Source: an uncultured Sulfitobacter sp. (GTDB lineage Bacteria; Pseudomonadota; Alphaproteobacteria; Rhodobacterales; Rhodobacteraceae). From it: a stretch of 64,000 nucleotides of DNA. Position 1 is the first letter of the stretch; every line of letters starts with the position of its first letter. Below the pieces are notes generated by a model. It saw only the letters and a list, made by a program, of their open reading frames with translations. It made no database searches and had not been told where the DNA came from. Positions 39,584 through 48,097 of this stretch are shown one piece after another. The DNA is taken from contig CAYUSM010000001.1 of assembly GCA_964447345.1 (NCBI GenBank), positions 194 through 64,193 on the forward strand, given 5' to 3'. The position numbers and the translations under genes are program-made.

Positions 39584-40813
39584 CTAAGCCGCCGTGTCCA
39601 GTTGATCAAAAACCTCATCAAGAAATCCAGAGAACGCAGACGCCTGATCTGCAAAGCTGGAGACCGGCCAAACAGGATGTTCGCGCTGCCCTGATTTCAA
39701 TACGTCATCGATGCGCGCTCTTAATGTTTTGGATGGTGCACCGATGGGGATCAAATCGTCCGGTGCCACCGCCGCATGCTCAACCGTCCCGCCACTGTCA
39801 GTCTGGATCACACGAATTCCCCGCGACAGCGCTTCCCGAATTGCAAGGCCAAAGGTTTCTTTCCACTGCGACATGAACAGCAGCACATCAATCTCGGCAT
39901 AAAATTCATCCATGGTCTCTTGTGTGAATCTTGGATGGATCGTCCACTCTCCACGCATTTTCCTAAGATCACTTGGGTCCCACCAGGCATCCTCCAGACC
40001 GCCGTCCACAACAAGTCCTCGAAAGTCTGCTCTACCGATCTGGCGAAACGCCTGCTGGACCTGGGTCCACCCTTTGATGTGCGATGGTCCGCCAATATAT
40101 CCAAAGCTCACCCTGCCATCCCGTCTGCGGCGCCGCTCTTGTTTGGCCCAGAATGATTTGCCGGGGAGGCGGACACCGTTTGTCCAGACAACACCACGAC
40201 CCGGCGCAAAACCAGAGGCTTCGCTCAAGTCCTTGGCGAACATGCTGGGATAGGTGACAAGAGCCACTTTCGCACCGATTTGCTGAAGATGGTCAAAGCG
40301 CGTCTTGGCCGCCCAGTAATTCTCGGCGCAGCCTTTGCATTTCTCAATGCTGACGGGGTTCTGACCGCAGTACCGTTCATCAATGCGGACCATGAACTGA
40401 CGTTCGCAAAGCCACCAGAAGTCATGAACACTCAGCACAACTGGCACGGCACAAGCTTCCGCCGCTGTGACAACCCCTGTCCCTATTTCCTGAATGCAAT
40501 GCGCATGAACCAGATCAGGCTCCAACGCGCTGATCAATTCCGCAAGGCGCGCGGTAATTTCCGGATTGTTGTACATCTCTGCATAGCTGCGCCGTTCAGG
40601 AACATTGATGAGATAGTTGGCGATCCCGTTCTTCTGGCTTTTGATGACCGCGTAAGGTGAAAGGTCGGGTCTGGCACAAAGCGAAACCGCAGTGACCCGG
40701 TACCCACCCTGCGCGATCAGAGCCTGGGCCACCTGCTCTGCCACGACTGTCGCACCGCCGTAGCTGAAGGGGGCAAAGAATACATTTGCGACAAGGATAT
40801 GGCGTTCGTTCAT
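39584..40813 (-). CDS. GT4 glycosyltransferase
   Basis: GGA motif, PDLVHAH, SVHDFWWLC, KG, EX7E motif ETFGLAIRE. Confidence 0.9.
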   Translation of the reverse strand: MNERHILVANVFFAPFSYGGATVVAEQVAQALIAQGGYRVTAVSLCARPDLSPYAVIKSQKNGIANYLINVPERRSYAEMYNNPEITARLAELISALEPDLVHAHCIQEIGTGVVTAAEACAVPVVLSVHDFWWLCERQFMVRIDERYCGQNPVSIEKCKGCAENYWAAKTRFDHLQQIGAKVALVTYPSMFAKDLSEASGFAPGRGVVWTNGVRLPGKSFWAKQERRRRRDGRVSFGYIGGPSHIKGWTQVQQAFRQIGRADFRGLVVDGGLEDAWWDPSDLRKMRGEWTIHPRFTQETMDEFYAEIDVLLFMSQWKETFGLAIREALSRGIRVIQTDSGGTVEHAAVAPDDLIPIGAPSKTLRARIDDVLKSGQREHPVWPVSSFADQASAFSGFLDEVFDQLDTAA

Positions 40814-42138
40814 GCCTCAACCCAGTCAATCAGCTCTGGTGCGATGATGTGGGATTGGTCAGATTCTTTCCAACGGCATTCAAGGTTTCTTCGTGCAGCC
40901 CTGCCCATGTCTTGCGCCCCTCTTGGGTCGGCTGCAATCGCGCGCAGCGCTTCCAGCCAACTTTCGCTATCAGATGCTACAAAGCCCGTATCTCCTGAGC
41001 GTACCAGCTTGGGCAGGTCACCGACTGATGCCACAATGGATGGCACGCCCACAGCACAGGCATCAATGACCCTGACCGCGCTTTTGCATCTGTTGAAAGT
41101 ATCATCGCATAGCGGCATCACTGCGCAATCTGCCTCTCTCAAAGCGGAGAGGTAGCGTTCATAGCTAGAGAATTTCACGGTTTCCACGCGCTTTTCCAAC
41201 GCGTCCGGCAGATGGCTCAGGTCGAAATGCCCAATCAGCATCAGTCGCCTGTTAGGCTGCTCAAGCACGAAATCGGTCAGGGGTGTAAGTATCTCCTTCA
41301 GGTCCACCTCGTGACCCTGCGAGCCGCTGGCGAATGCCACGCGAAAGATGCCATCGTCGGCTGATAAATCCCTCTGAACCGCCTGCCCGGCCTCCAGCGT
41401 GTCTCTATCTGCAAAGTTCCGCCTCACAAAAATCGGACGGTTCGTGTAAAGGGCCGCGTGCGCCTGCATGCCTGGTGTGGAGACCGATAGAACATCCGCG
41501 CCGTTCATCATGTTGAGGTACTTTGGCGCTTCACCCATAAAGTGAGCCTTCATATTCGGGTCAAGCGCCTCCATGTTCCGGTAGGTTTCGTAAGCCGAGA
41601 CGGAGAACAGCGGGTCGTCGAGATCATAGAGGATGGGCAGCCTCAGACGTCGCGCCTCATATCGCAGCATGTCTGAAGCCGGACCGGTCTGCAGCCGATA
41701 CTCCATCAAATGTGTCGCGTGCTGCATGATACGGACCGCTCGTGGGATATCCTGATAGTGAGCAAACTCGAATTCGACACCCCGACCACGCCAAAACGTG
41801 GCAAGCTGTTCAACGCGATACTTGCGGCATTGCGGCAGGTTGAGATCAGCAATCATCGCGATCTGACGCCGACGTCGGTTGACTGCGGGATTTTGCGGGA
41901 TGTGAAACGCGTCTGCGCGCGCCAGTGATTGCCAAACACCGTTCAGGTACTGATCAGGCACATTTTTCCGACGTGCTTGAGGTCTGCTCAGGATACTTGG
42001 CCTGAACCCGCTAACCCGGCGAAAAGCATACCCGGAAGCCCGCCCGGTCGCCCGCAATAAGCCGTCACTTCGCGCGACCATACCGAAGCGGCGGATCATC
42101 GGCACCAAGGGTATTCGTGTCACGCGGCTTTCCTCCAT
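40810..42138 (-). CDS. Glycosyltransferase (GT-B fold)
   Basis: QCRKYRV, YDLDDPLF, FASGS..H, MPL..DTFNRCKS; ATGA-coupled to the downstream GT4. Confidence 0.8.
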   Translation of the reverse strand: MEESRVTRIPLVPMIRRFGMVARSDGLLRATGRASGYAFRRVSGFRPSILSRPQARRKNVPDQYLNGVWQSLARADAFHIPQNPAVNRRRRQIAMIADLNLPQCRKYRVEQLATFWRGRGVEFEFAHYQDIPRAVRIMQHATHLMEYRLQTGPASDMLRYEARRLRLPILYDLDDPLFSVSAYETYRNMEALDPNMKAHFMGEAPKYLNMMNGADVLSVSTPGMQAHAALYTNRPIFVRRNFADRDTLEAGQAVQRDLSADDGIFRVAFASGSQGHEVDLKEILTPLTDFVLEQPNRRLMLIGHFDLSHLPDALEKRVETVKFSSYERYLSALREADCAVMPLCDDTFNRCKSAVRVIDACAVGVPSIVASVGDLPKLVRSGDTGFVASDSESWLEALRAIAADPRGAQDMGRAARRNLECRWKESDQSHIIAPELIDWVEA

Positions 42139-42216
42139 ACGCTCGATGAAGGCACGATAGATGCGGGGGACTTAAGATAATCTGAACTGTTTTAGTTTGT
42201 TCTGCTGCAAACACAG

Positions 42217-43158
42217 ATGACCCAATCAGTCCACATATCAAAGCTGCCTCAAGTCACCATTCTGATGGGTGTCTTGAACGGTGCGACCTACCTTGGCGCG
42301 CAACTTGCCAGCATTGCTGCGCAAACTCATCGAAACTGGCAGCTGGTCTGCAGCGATGACGGGTCGAGCGATGCCAGCAAGGACATCCTTGCGCGCTTTG
42401 CGCAGGAGCATCCTGGAAAAATCATCGTGCAGGATGGGCCGCGGGCCGGGTTTGCAGCAAACTACATGAAGCTTATCTCGGACCTCGCGCCGGACGTTGG
42501 CCATGTCTGTTTTGCCGATCAGGACGACATCTGGTCACCCGACAAAATCGCGTTGGCCCTAGAAGCATTGGAGGAAGACCAAGCAGAACTATTCTGTGGG
42601 AGGGTACTCTACTGGTACGCTGACACCGGCTTTCAGATTCCATCCAGAGCTGTCCGACGCCCATGCCACCTGCGAAATGCGTTGGTTGAGAACGTGGCAT
42701 CCGGCAACACCATCCTGCTCAGCCCAGCCGCCGCACGTTTGGCCCGAACTGCGGCGCGGCGAACAGGCGCGGTGTTTGCTCACGATTGGTGGCTTTACCT
42801 CTTGATAACCGCGACGGGAGGGAGGGTATATTTCGACAACGGTCCGCCACAGGTTTTGTACCGGCAACACCATAACAATCAGATTGGTGCGGGGCACGGG
42901 TGGCGCGCGCAATGGGAACGCAAAAGGTCTGTGATGCGAGGCGCGTTTGCGCACCGGATCGCACAGAACCTTGCCGCCCTCGCTCAGGTCGAGGACCTGT
43001 TGACGCCTCATGCTGTTGCGACCATCGCCGGTTTTGCTGACGCGCGGCAGTCTGCAAGCTTTGCACGCCTGCGCCGCCTTCAAGCGATCCGGCCATATCG
43101 TCAGCATTGGCAAAGCAACCTGGGCTTCTGGGGGGCCGCCTGTCTTGCCCGCATCTAA
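42217..43158 (+). CDS. GT2 glycosyltransferase (rhamnosyltransferase-like)
   Basis: SDDGSSD, FADQDDIW, AHDWW, YRQH..NQIG. Confidence 0.88.
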   Translation: MTQSVHISKLPQVTILMGVLNGATYLGAQLASIAAQTHRNWQLVCSDDGSSDASKDILARFAQEHPGKIIVQDGPRAGFAANYMKLISDLAPDVGHVCFADQDDIWSPDKIALALEALEEDQAELFCGRVLYWYADTGFQIPSRAVRRPCHLRNALVENVASGNTILLSPAAARLARTAARRTGAVFAHDWWLYLLITATGGRVYFDNGPPQVLYRQHHNNQIGAGHGWRAQWERKRSVMRGAFAHRIAQNLAALAQVEDLLTPHAVATIAGFADARQSASFARLRRLQAIRPYRQHWQSNLGFWGAACLARI

Positions 43159-44506
43159 AAGGAAACCACAGATCGTTCTGATCGGTGCGGATGGGCGCGT
43201 GTCAGGTGTTCCCCGTCACATCGGCCATCTGACCAGAGCGCTGCTTCCCGATTATGATGTCACTGTTATCAGTGATGTTGACCAAGGTGGATTTCATGAT
43301 GCCCGCGCTGCGGGCGCGCGTCATCTTGTATTGCAGGGTCTGAACAACACCCTGTCTCCAAGTCGGCTTTTGCGACTGGCACTGCGTCTTCGCAAGGTTC
43401 TGCAACGTGAACCTGCAGACCTCATCTGGGTGCATGCGCGCCTGCCAATGCTGGTCCTACGCATGATGCTGGCCCTACGTATCTGGCGACCTGGAAGCCC
43501 CGTTGCCTTCACCTACCACGGCATGCCATTCGGACCGGGATTTCATCCGTTTGTTCATACGGTCGGAAAAGGGTTTGAACGCCTTTTGACGGCAACTTGC
43601 CCTGCACACCACCTTGTCTTCCTCAACGACAGAATGGCCGGTCGGTTTGCGCTTGAGATCAATGCGAAGCCGATTGACAGACATAACGTGTATATCCTGC
43701 CGAATTGTTCCGATCTACGGCCTCTGCCCCGACGACGAGCCGACAGCACCCGACGACTGGTGATGACCGGGCGAACGGGACGGCAAAAGGACTACGCTTT
43801 CGCCGCAAAACTTATGGCGTTGCTGCCCTCAAACTATCGCCTCATTCTTTGCGGGCCTGGCACGGACAGCCTTAGGTACCAGCGGAGGATTGCAGCGCGT
43901 ATTGCGCCTGATGCCTTTGCCCGTATCACGTTTTGCGGCCCTCTGAGCGATATCCGAACCGCCCTGCAAAACGCTGACGCTTATCTGCTCACTTCCCGCT
44001 ACGAAGGGACGCCAATCGGGACGCTCGAAGCGTTCGAAGCTGGTTTGCCGGTGATCCTACGTGACTTTGCAGGTGCCTCTGATCTGATATCCAAACACCC
44101 ATGCGGTCTCTTGATCCGCTCAGAAACACTGCGGTCTGATGCAGGACAGATCGACGAACTGATCACCCGGTTTCAGCGATACGAAACGACTCTCACTGCC
44201 GCGACCCAGGATGTTTGGCGTGAAATCTGGTCACCCGAAGTCTTCAACAAGAATGTTCGGGGACTCGTGTCGTCCATCCTTAATCACGGGGCCCAACCTG
44301 TCCAAGGTTTTGGTCATGATGGTCAAGTGCAGCATCCAGATCATCGTAGAAATGCAGTTGCCCGTGCTCCAGCACGGCCGCCATGCTACACAACCGCTTC
44401 GCCATTGGTGGGGAATGGGTCACAACAACTGCCCCGGCCTGTTCCCGCCGCGCATCAAAGACCTGAACACTCTTATGACGAAAGGCCCCATCCCCCACAG
44501 ATGTGA
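43145..44506 (+). CDS. GT4 glycosyltransferase with a C-terminal extension overlapping kpsT
   Basis: SGVPRHI, WVHAR, TYHG, GRTGRQKD, SRYEGTPIGTLEA; start placed at TTG 43145. Confidence 0.82.
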   Translation: MPASKRKPQIVLIGADGRVSGVPRHIGHLTRALLPDYDVTVISDVDQGGFHDARAAGARHLVLQGLNNTLSPSRLLRLALRLRKVLQREPADLIWVHARLPMLVLRMMLALRIWRPGSPVAFTYHGMPFGPGFHPFVHTVGKGFERLLTATCPAHHLVFLNDRMAGRFALEINAKPIDRHNVYILPNCSDLRPLPRRRADSTRRLVMTGRTGRQKDYAFAAKLMALLPSNYRLILCGPGTDSLRYQRRIAARIAPDAFARITFCGPLSDIRTALQNADAYLLTSRYEGTPIGTLEAFEAGLPVILRDFAGASDLISKHPCGLLIRSETLRSDAGQIDELITRFQRYETTLTAATQDVWREIWSPEVFNKNVRGLVSSILNHGAQPVQGFGHDGQVQHPDHRRNAVARAPARPPCYTTASPLVGNGSQQLPRPVPAAHQRPEHSYDERPHPPQM

Positions 44507-44951
44507 CCTCATCCACCAGATAGGTGTCAAAGGGGATACCCATTGAGACGCCGAAAGACAGCCGCGACTTCATCCCGGCTGAGTAGGTGCGCAGTGGCAT
44601 CCTGAAATGGCCGCCAAGTTCGGCAAAATCTTCCACGAAATCCACAAGGCAATCGCTGTCGACGCCGTAGAGCCGTGCCACAAAGCGCGTGTTTTGCGCA
44701 CCGGTGAGGTCAGGATGAAAGGACCCCTGAAATCCCACCGGATAGGAAATGCTACCCGTTGACAAAACCCTGCCAGAGGTGGGGCGGATTGTGCCTGCAA
44801 TCAGCTTCAGAAGTGTGCTCTTGCCAGCGCCGTTGCGCCCCAGCAATGCGACGCTCACACCGCTGGGAAAGGTCGCATTGAGGTTTTGAACAATGACCTT
44901 CTTTCCTTGTCGGGTGGGAAAAACCTTTGTGAGGTCTTTCAACCTGATCAT
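44280..44951 (-). CDS. kpsT: Capsule ABC exporter ATPase
   Basis: GRNGAGKST, YSAGMKSRLSFG, YLVDEVTSVGD. Confidence 0.9.
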   Translation of the reverse strand: MIRLKDLTKVFPTRQGKKVIVQNLNATFPSGVSVALLGRNGAGKSTLLKLIAGTIRPTSGRVLSTGSISYPVGFQGSFHPDLTGAQNTRFVARLYGVDSDCLVDFVEDFAELGGHFRMPLRTYSAGMKSRLSFGVSMGIPFDTYLVDEVTSVGDGAFRHKSVQVFDARREQAGAVVVTHSPPMAKRLCSMAAVLEHGQLHFYDDLDAALDHHDQNLGQVGPRD

Positions 44952-46264
44952 CAGCTACGGTCCCGGAGGGAGTAGAAGACAAGGCAAAGCACGCTCCAGG
45001 AAAAGAAGCAGAAGGCGCCCAACAGGACGATGATCTTTGCGCGTTCCGGATACTCGGCCTTCTGCGCCAGTGTGGGTTTGACGTGCGCGGCCAGATACCG
45101 GCTCTGCTTGCGCACCTCGGCCAGTGCCGCATCATGGGCCGCCAATGCAGCGGTATAGGCGGTCTCTGAAAACTCCCGGTCAACAATCAATCCCTCATAT
45201 TCACCAACAAGGTTCGCGAAGGCCTCACCGTTTTCATCCTCATCACCCAACCCAAGGTTTCGCCGCTCAGAGGCGATGCGTCCACGAATGACCTCAATCC
45301 GTCGGTTCGCCTGGGTGATCCGTGGGTCATTCTGCCGCGTCGTATCCACCAGCAAGTCGGCATTGATCAACGCTTCGGCCAACTGCTCTTGCAAAGTGAC
45401 CAGAAGGCCCATCTGGTTCTGCGTATCAATGCTTGGATCGACGATCTGCGTACGATTTCGAAACTGGGTGAGGGCGCGCCTCGACGCCTTCAGACGCTCT
45501 ACTGCATTTTCCAGTTCTTCCCGCGTGAAGCGGATTGAATCTTCCTGAGCAATCCGCGACAGGCTGTTGATCATCGCCGCGCATTCGGCCAATACAGCCT
45601 CTGCCACACGCAGTGCATCTTGCGGATCAAACGCCAGCACCTCCAGATCAATCAGCCCTGTCCCGCTGTCGTAAACAACCGATATTTTGCGTGCCCAATG
45701 GGCTTGCAGATCCTCGATTGTACCTGCCGGATCAAAAGCGAATACCGGATCCTGTTCGGCACTCACACGCGCCCAAATTTGCCGCAAATCCACTTGCGCA
45801 TCGACTCGCGACACCAACTCCTGGCTCGACAAAAAGGCAAAGAGAATATCCGTATCGGAAGAGCTTGACCCCGACAGCTCCGTGATTCCGCCCAAGAGCT
45901 CGATGGCGGATGACTGCTGCTCCGTCCGCACAGAAAACGCCACGCGCGAAGCAAACTGATCGGCCGCTCTGGTCCAAAGGTAATGGCTTGCCAGAACGAG
46001 AGGCGCGATCACAAAAACCACGAAGCTGACCATCAAGAACCGGTGCCGCGTGCGCGGTCGCGCAGGTCGCGCGGGTGGCTTGACCCTAAACCTGGGTATG
46101 TGCGCAACAGGCGATGGCGCTTTCGCAAGGTCAGATCGATGCATTGCGTTTGCCTGTTGTCCGACAGCGTCCGCTTCGTTGAGGCGCACCGACGCCTCTG
46201 TCAGATTAAGATGCCGGACCCCAGCGGCATTCGTTGTTTGATGCGCAAGTCTGTCCGCCATCAT
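44951..46264 (-). CDS. kpsE: Capsule export polysaccharide co-polymerase (KpsE/RkpR-like)
   Basis: N-terminal TM, AADQFAS..FSVR, coiled coil, KQSRYL..HVKPT..YP, C-terminal TM. Confidence 0.85.
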   Translation of the reverse strand: MMADRLAHQTTNAAGVRHLNLTEASVRLNEADAVGQQANAMHRSDLAKAPSPVAHIPRFRVKPPARPARPRTRHRFLMVSFVVFVIAPLVLASHYLWTRAADQFASRVAFSVRTEQQSSAIELLGGITELSGSSSSDTDILFAFLSSQELVSRVDAQVDLRQIWARVSAEQDPVFAFDPAGTIEDLQAHWARKISVVYDSGTGLIDLEVLAFDPQDALRVAEAVLAECAAMINSLSRIAQEDSIRFTREELENAVERLKASRRALTQFRNRTQIVDPSIDTQNQMGLLVTLQEQLAEALINADLLVDTTRQNDPRITQANRRIEVIRGRIASERRNLGLGDEDENGEAFANLVGEYEGLIVDREFSETAYTAALAAHDAALAEVRKQSRYLAAHVKPTLAQKAEYPERAKIIVLLGAFCFFSWSVLCLVFYSLRDRS

Positions 46265-46348
46265 CCTTAACTTTTTAGTGGCATTTGTCTCAGACTATCC
46301 CGGGCAAGGTTAATTCCTGGTGTCTTCCAAACCGCGAGGTTCTCTGCT

Positions 46349-47158
46349 TTGCCCTTTTCGACCACGACCGCAAAAAGGCTTAGAAACCAGCGCGCCCGCT
46401 GGGCCACGCCCCGCGCCATTGGCGCCCTTATTTTACGAGAGATCTCGACGACCTATGGCCGCTCACCCGGGGGATACGTCTGGGCAATCATGGAGCCCGC
46501 AGCTGGCATCGCGCTTCTCACATTGGTCTTTTCCATCGGGTTTCGCACGCCGCCACTGGGCACGAGTTTTGCGCTTTTCTATGCTGCAGGCATTCTGCCT
46601 TTGATGATGTACACCGACATCTCGTCCAAGCTGGCGCAGACCGTGCAATTCAGCCGCGCTCTGCTGACCTACCCAAGGGTCACCTTTCTTGACGCGCTGA
46701 TCGCCCGTTTTGTGCTGAACCTGCTGACGCAGTTAATGGTGCATTTCATCCTGCTCGGGTTCATTCTGGTCTACCTCAAACCGACAACCACGCTCGACTT
46801 TTCAAAGATCGGCCAGGCCTATCTGCTTACCCTCTCGCTCGCGCTTGGGATTGGCACGCTCAACAGCTTTCTGACCCTCGCCTTTCCAGTCTGGCAAACG
46901 GCATGGGCCATCTTGAACCGACCACTCTTTCTGATCTCCTGTGTTTTCTTCATCTTTGAAAGCGTTCCGCAGCCCTATGCCGACTACCTCTGGTTCAACC
47001 CCATCGTTCACATTGCAGGATTGATGCGGGACGGGTTCTATCCCTTCTATAAGCCAACCTATGTATCAGTCGCATACCCGCTGATGATCAGTCTGGGATC
47101 AGCGTTGGCGGGTTTGCTCCTGTTGCGTCGCTATCACAGGGACATGTTGGACAAATAA
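46349..47158 (+). CDS. kpsM: Capsule ABC exporter permease
   Basis: ALILREISTTYGRSPGGYVWAIMEP, YPRV, WFNPIVH...RDGFY. Confidence 0.88.
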   Translation: MPFSTTTAKRLRNQRARWATPRAIGALILREISTTYGRSPGGYVWAIMEPAAGIALLTLVFSIGFRTPPLGTSFALFYAAGILPLMMYTDISSKLAQTVQFSRALLTYPRVTFLDALIARFVLNLLTQLMVHFILLGFILVYLKPTTTLDFSKIGQAYLLTLSLALGIGTLNSFLTLAFPVWQTAWAILNRPLFLISCVFFIFESVPQPYADYLWFNPIVHIAGLMRDGFYPFYKPTYVSVAYPLMISLGSALAGLLLLRRYHRDMLDK

Positions 47159-47169
47159 TCGATGGGCCG

Positions 47170-47190
47170 CATCGGTTGCGGCAACCGATG
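47170..47190. repeat. Perfect 10-bp inverted repeat between convergent genes
   Basis: CATCGGTTGC-G-GCAACCGATG. Confidence 0.7.
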
Positions 47191-47212
47191 TTGAGACGAG
47201 AACCAAGATGTT

Positions 47213-48097
47213 TCAAACGACGGTGGTCATACCCAGACCCCAGGTGGCAGGGATGTTGTATCCTTCCGCCGCAACTTCCTCTGCAATTCGTCGGACATCT
47301 TTTTCGACCAGTTCCGGAAAGAAGTCAGGCATTGGATGTCTGACGCTTTCCGTTACGCGCCGGTCCAGCAGGTCTTGAGGATAGTCAAACGATGGTATCT
47401 CAAGGAACGTTTCGATCTCGCGCAACGTGGCACGCTGGTTGGCATGTAACTCTTCATAGAAGAGGACTTTCAGCGTCTCTGGCGGGAGCCCGCCACGCAG
47501 ATTGCGCAGGATTTTTCCGTACTCCGCATTTACCCAGACATGCGGCTGCCGAATGAAAGCAAGATACTGATCAGGCGACCATGTCTCTAACCTGTTGAGA
47601 TGCCCGGAAAGCTGGAGATGGAACTTCGTATGGCTCCACAACCGTTTCACCGGGTCACGCATCGTGAAGAGGACCCGCAGCCTATGGCATTTCGCAGCGA
47701 CTTGCGGCCAAGCCTCTTTCGGCAATTGCGCATTCAGATTTGAAAAGTCGCAAGCATAGACCTCATGATCACGCAGTTGAAAGAGGTGGCGATACCAATA
47801 GTCGTCGACCGGTCGGTCCAGATAGGCACTGACCCAATGCAAATTGGCCCGCACCGCATCTATATTGGCCTTCTCGGGGTCAAATCGGAACAGATATCGA
47901 TTTCTTGCTTCACGCAGGCGATAGGTTTCTGTCAGCTGGTTTGGGTTCACAAAGCGGTGGTAGAAGTAGTGAATTTCCTTTTCCATCGCGAAGTGCAGTG
48001 CAGGATGACGCGCCAGCACCGCATAGAGCCAGGTCGTCCCCGCTTTCATCGCGCCAACGCTGAGAAATAGATTGGAGAAAAGGGGCTGATCAGCCAT
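47213..48097 (-). CDS. PAPS-dependent sulfotransferase
   Basis: 5'-PSB loop GAMKAGTTWL, KEIHYF, 3'-PB motif RDPVKRLWS; start placed at MADQ, overlapping the upstream stop. Confidence 0.88.
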   Translation of the reverse strand: MADQPLFSNLFLSVGAMKAGTTWLYAVLARHPALHFAMEKEIHYFYHRFVNPNQLTETYRLREARNRYLFRFDPEKANIDAVRANLHWVSAYLDRPVDDYWYRHLFQLRDHEVYACDFSNLNAQLPKEAWPQVAAKCHRLRVLFTMRDPVKRLWSHTKFHLQLSGHLNRLETWSPDQYLAFIRQPHVWVNAEYGKILRNLRGGLPPETLKVLFYEELHANQRATLREIETFLEIPSFDYPQDLLDRRVTESVRHPMPDFFPELVEKDVRRIAEEVAAEGYNIPATWGLGMTTVV

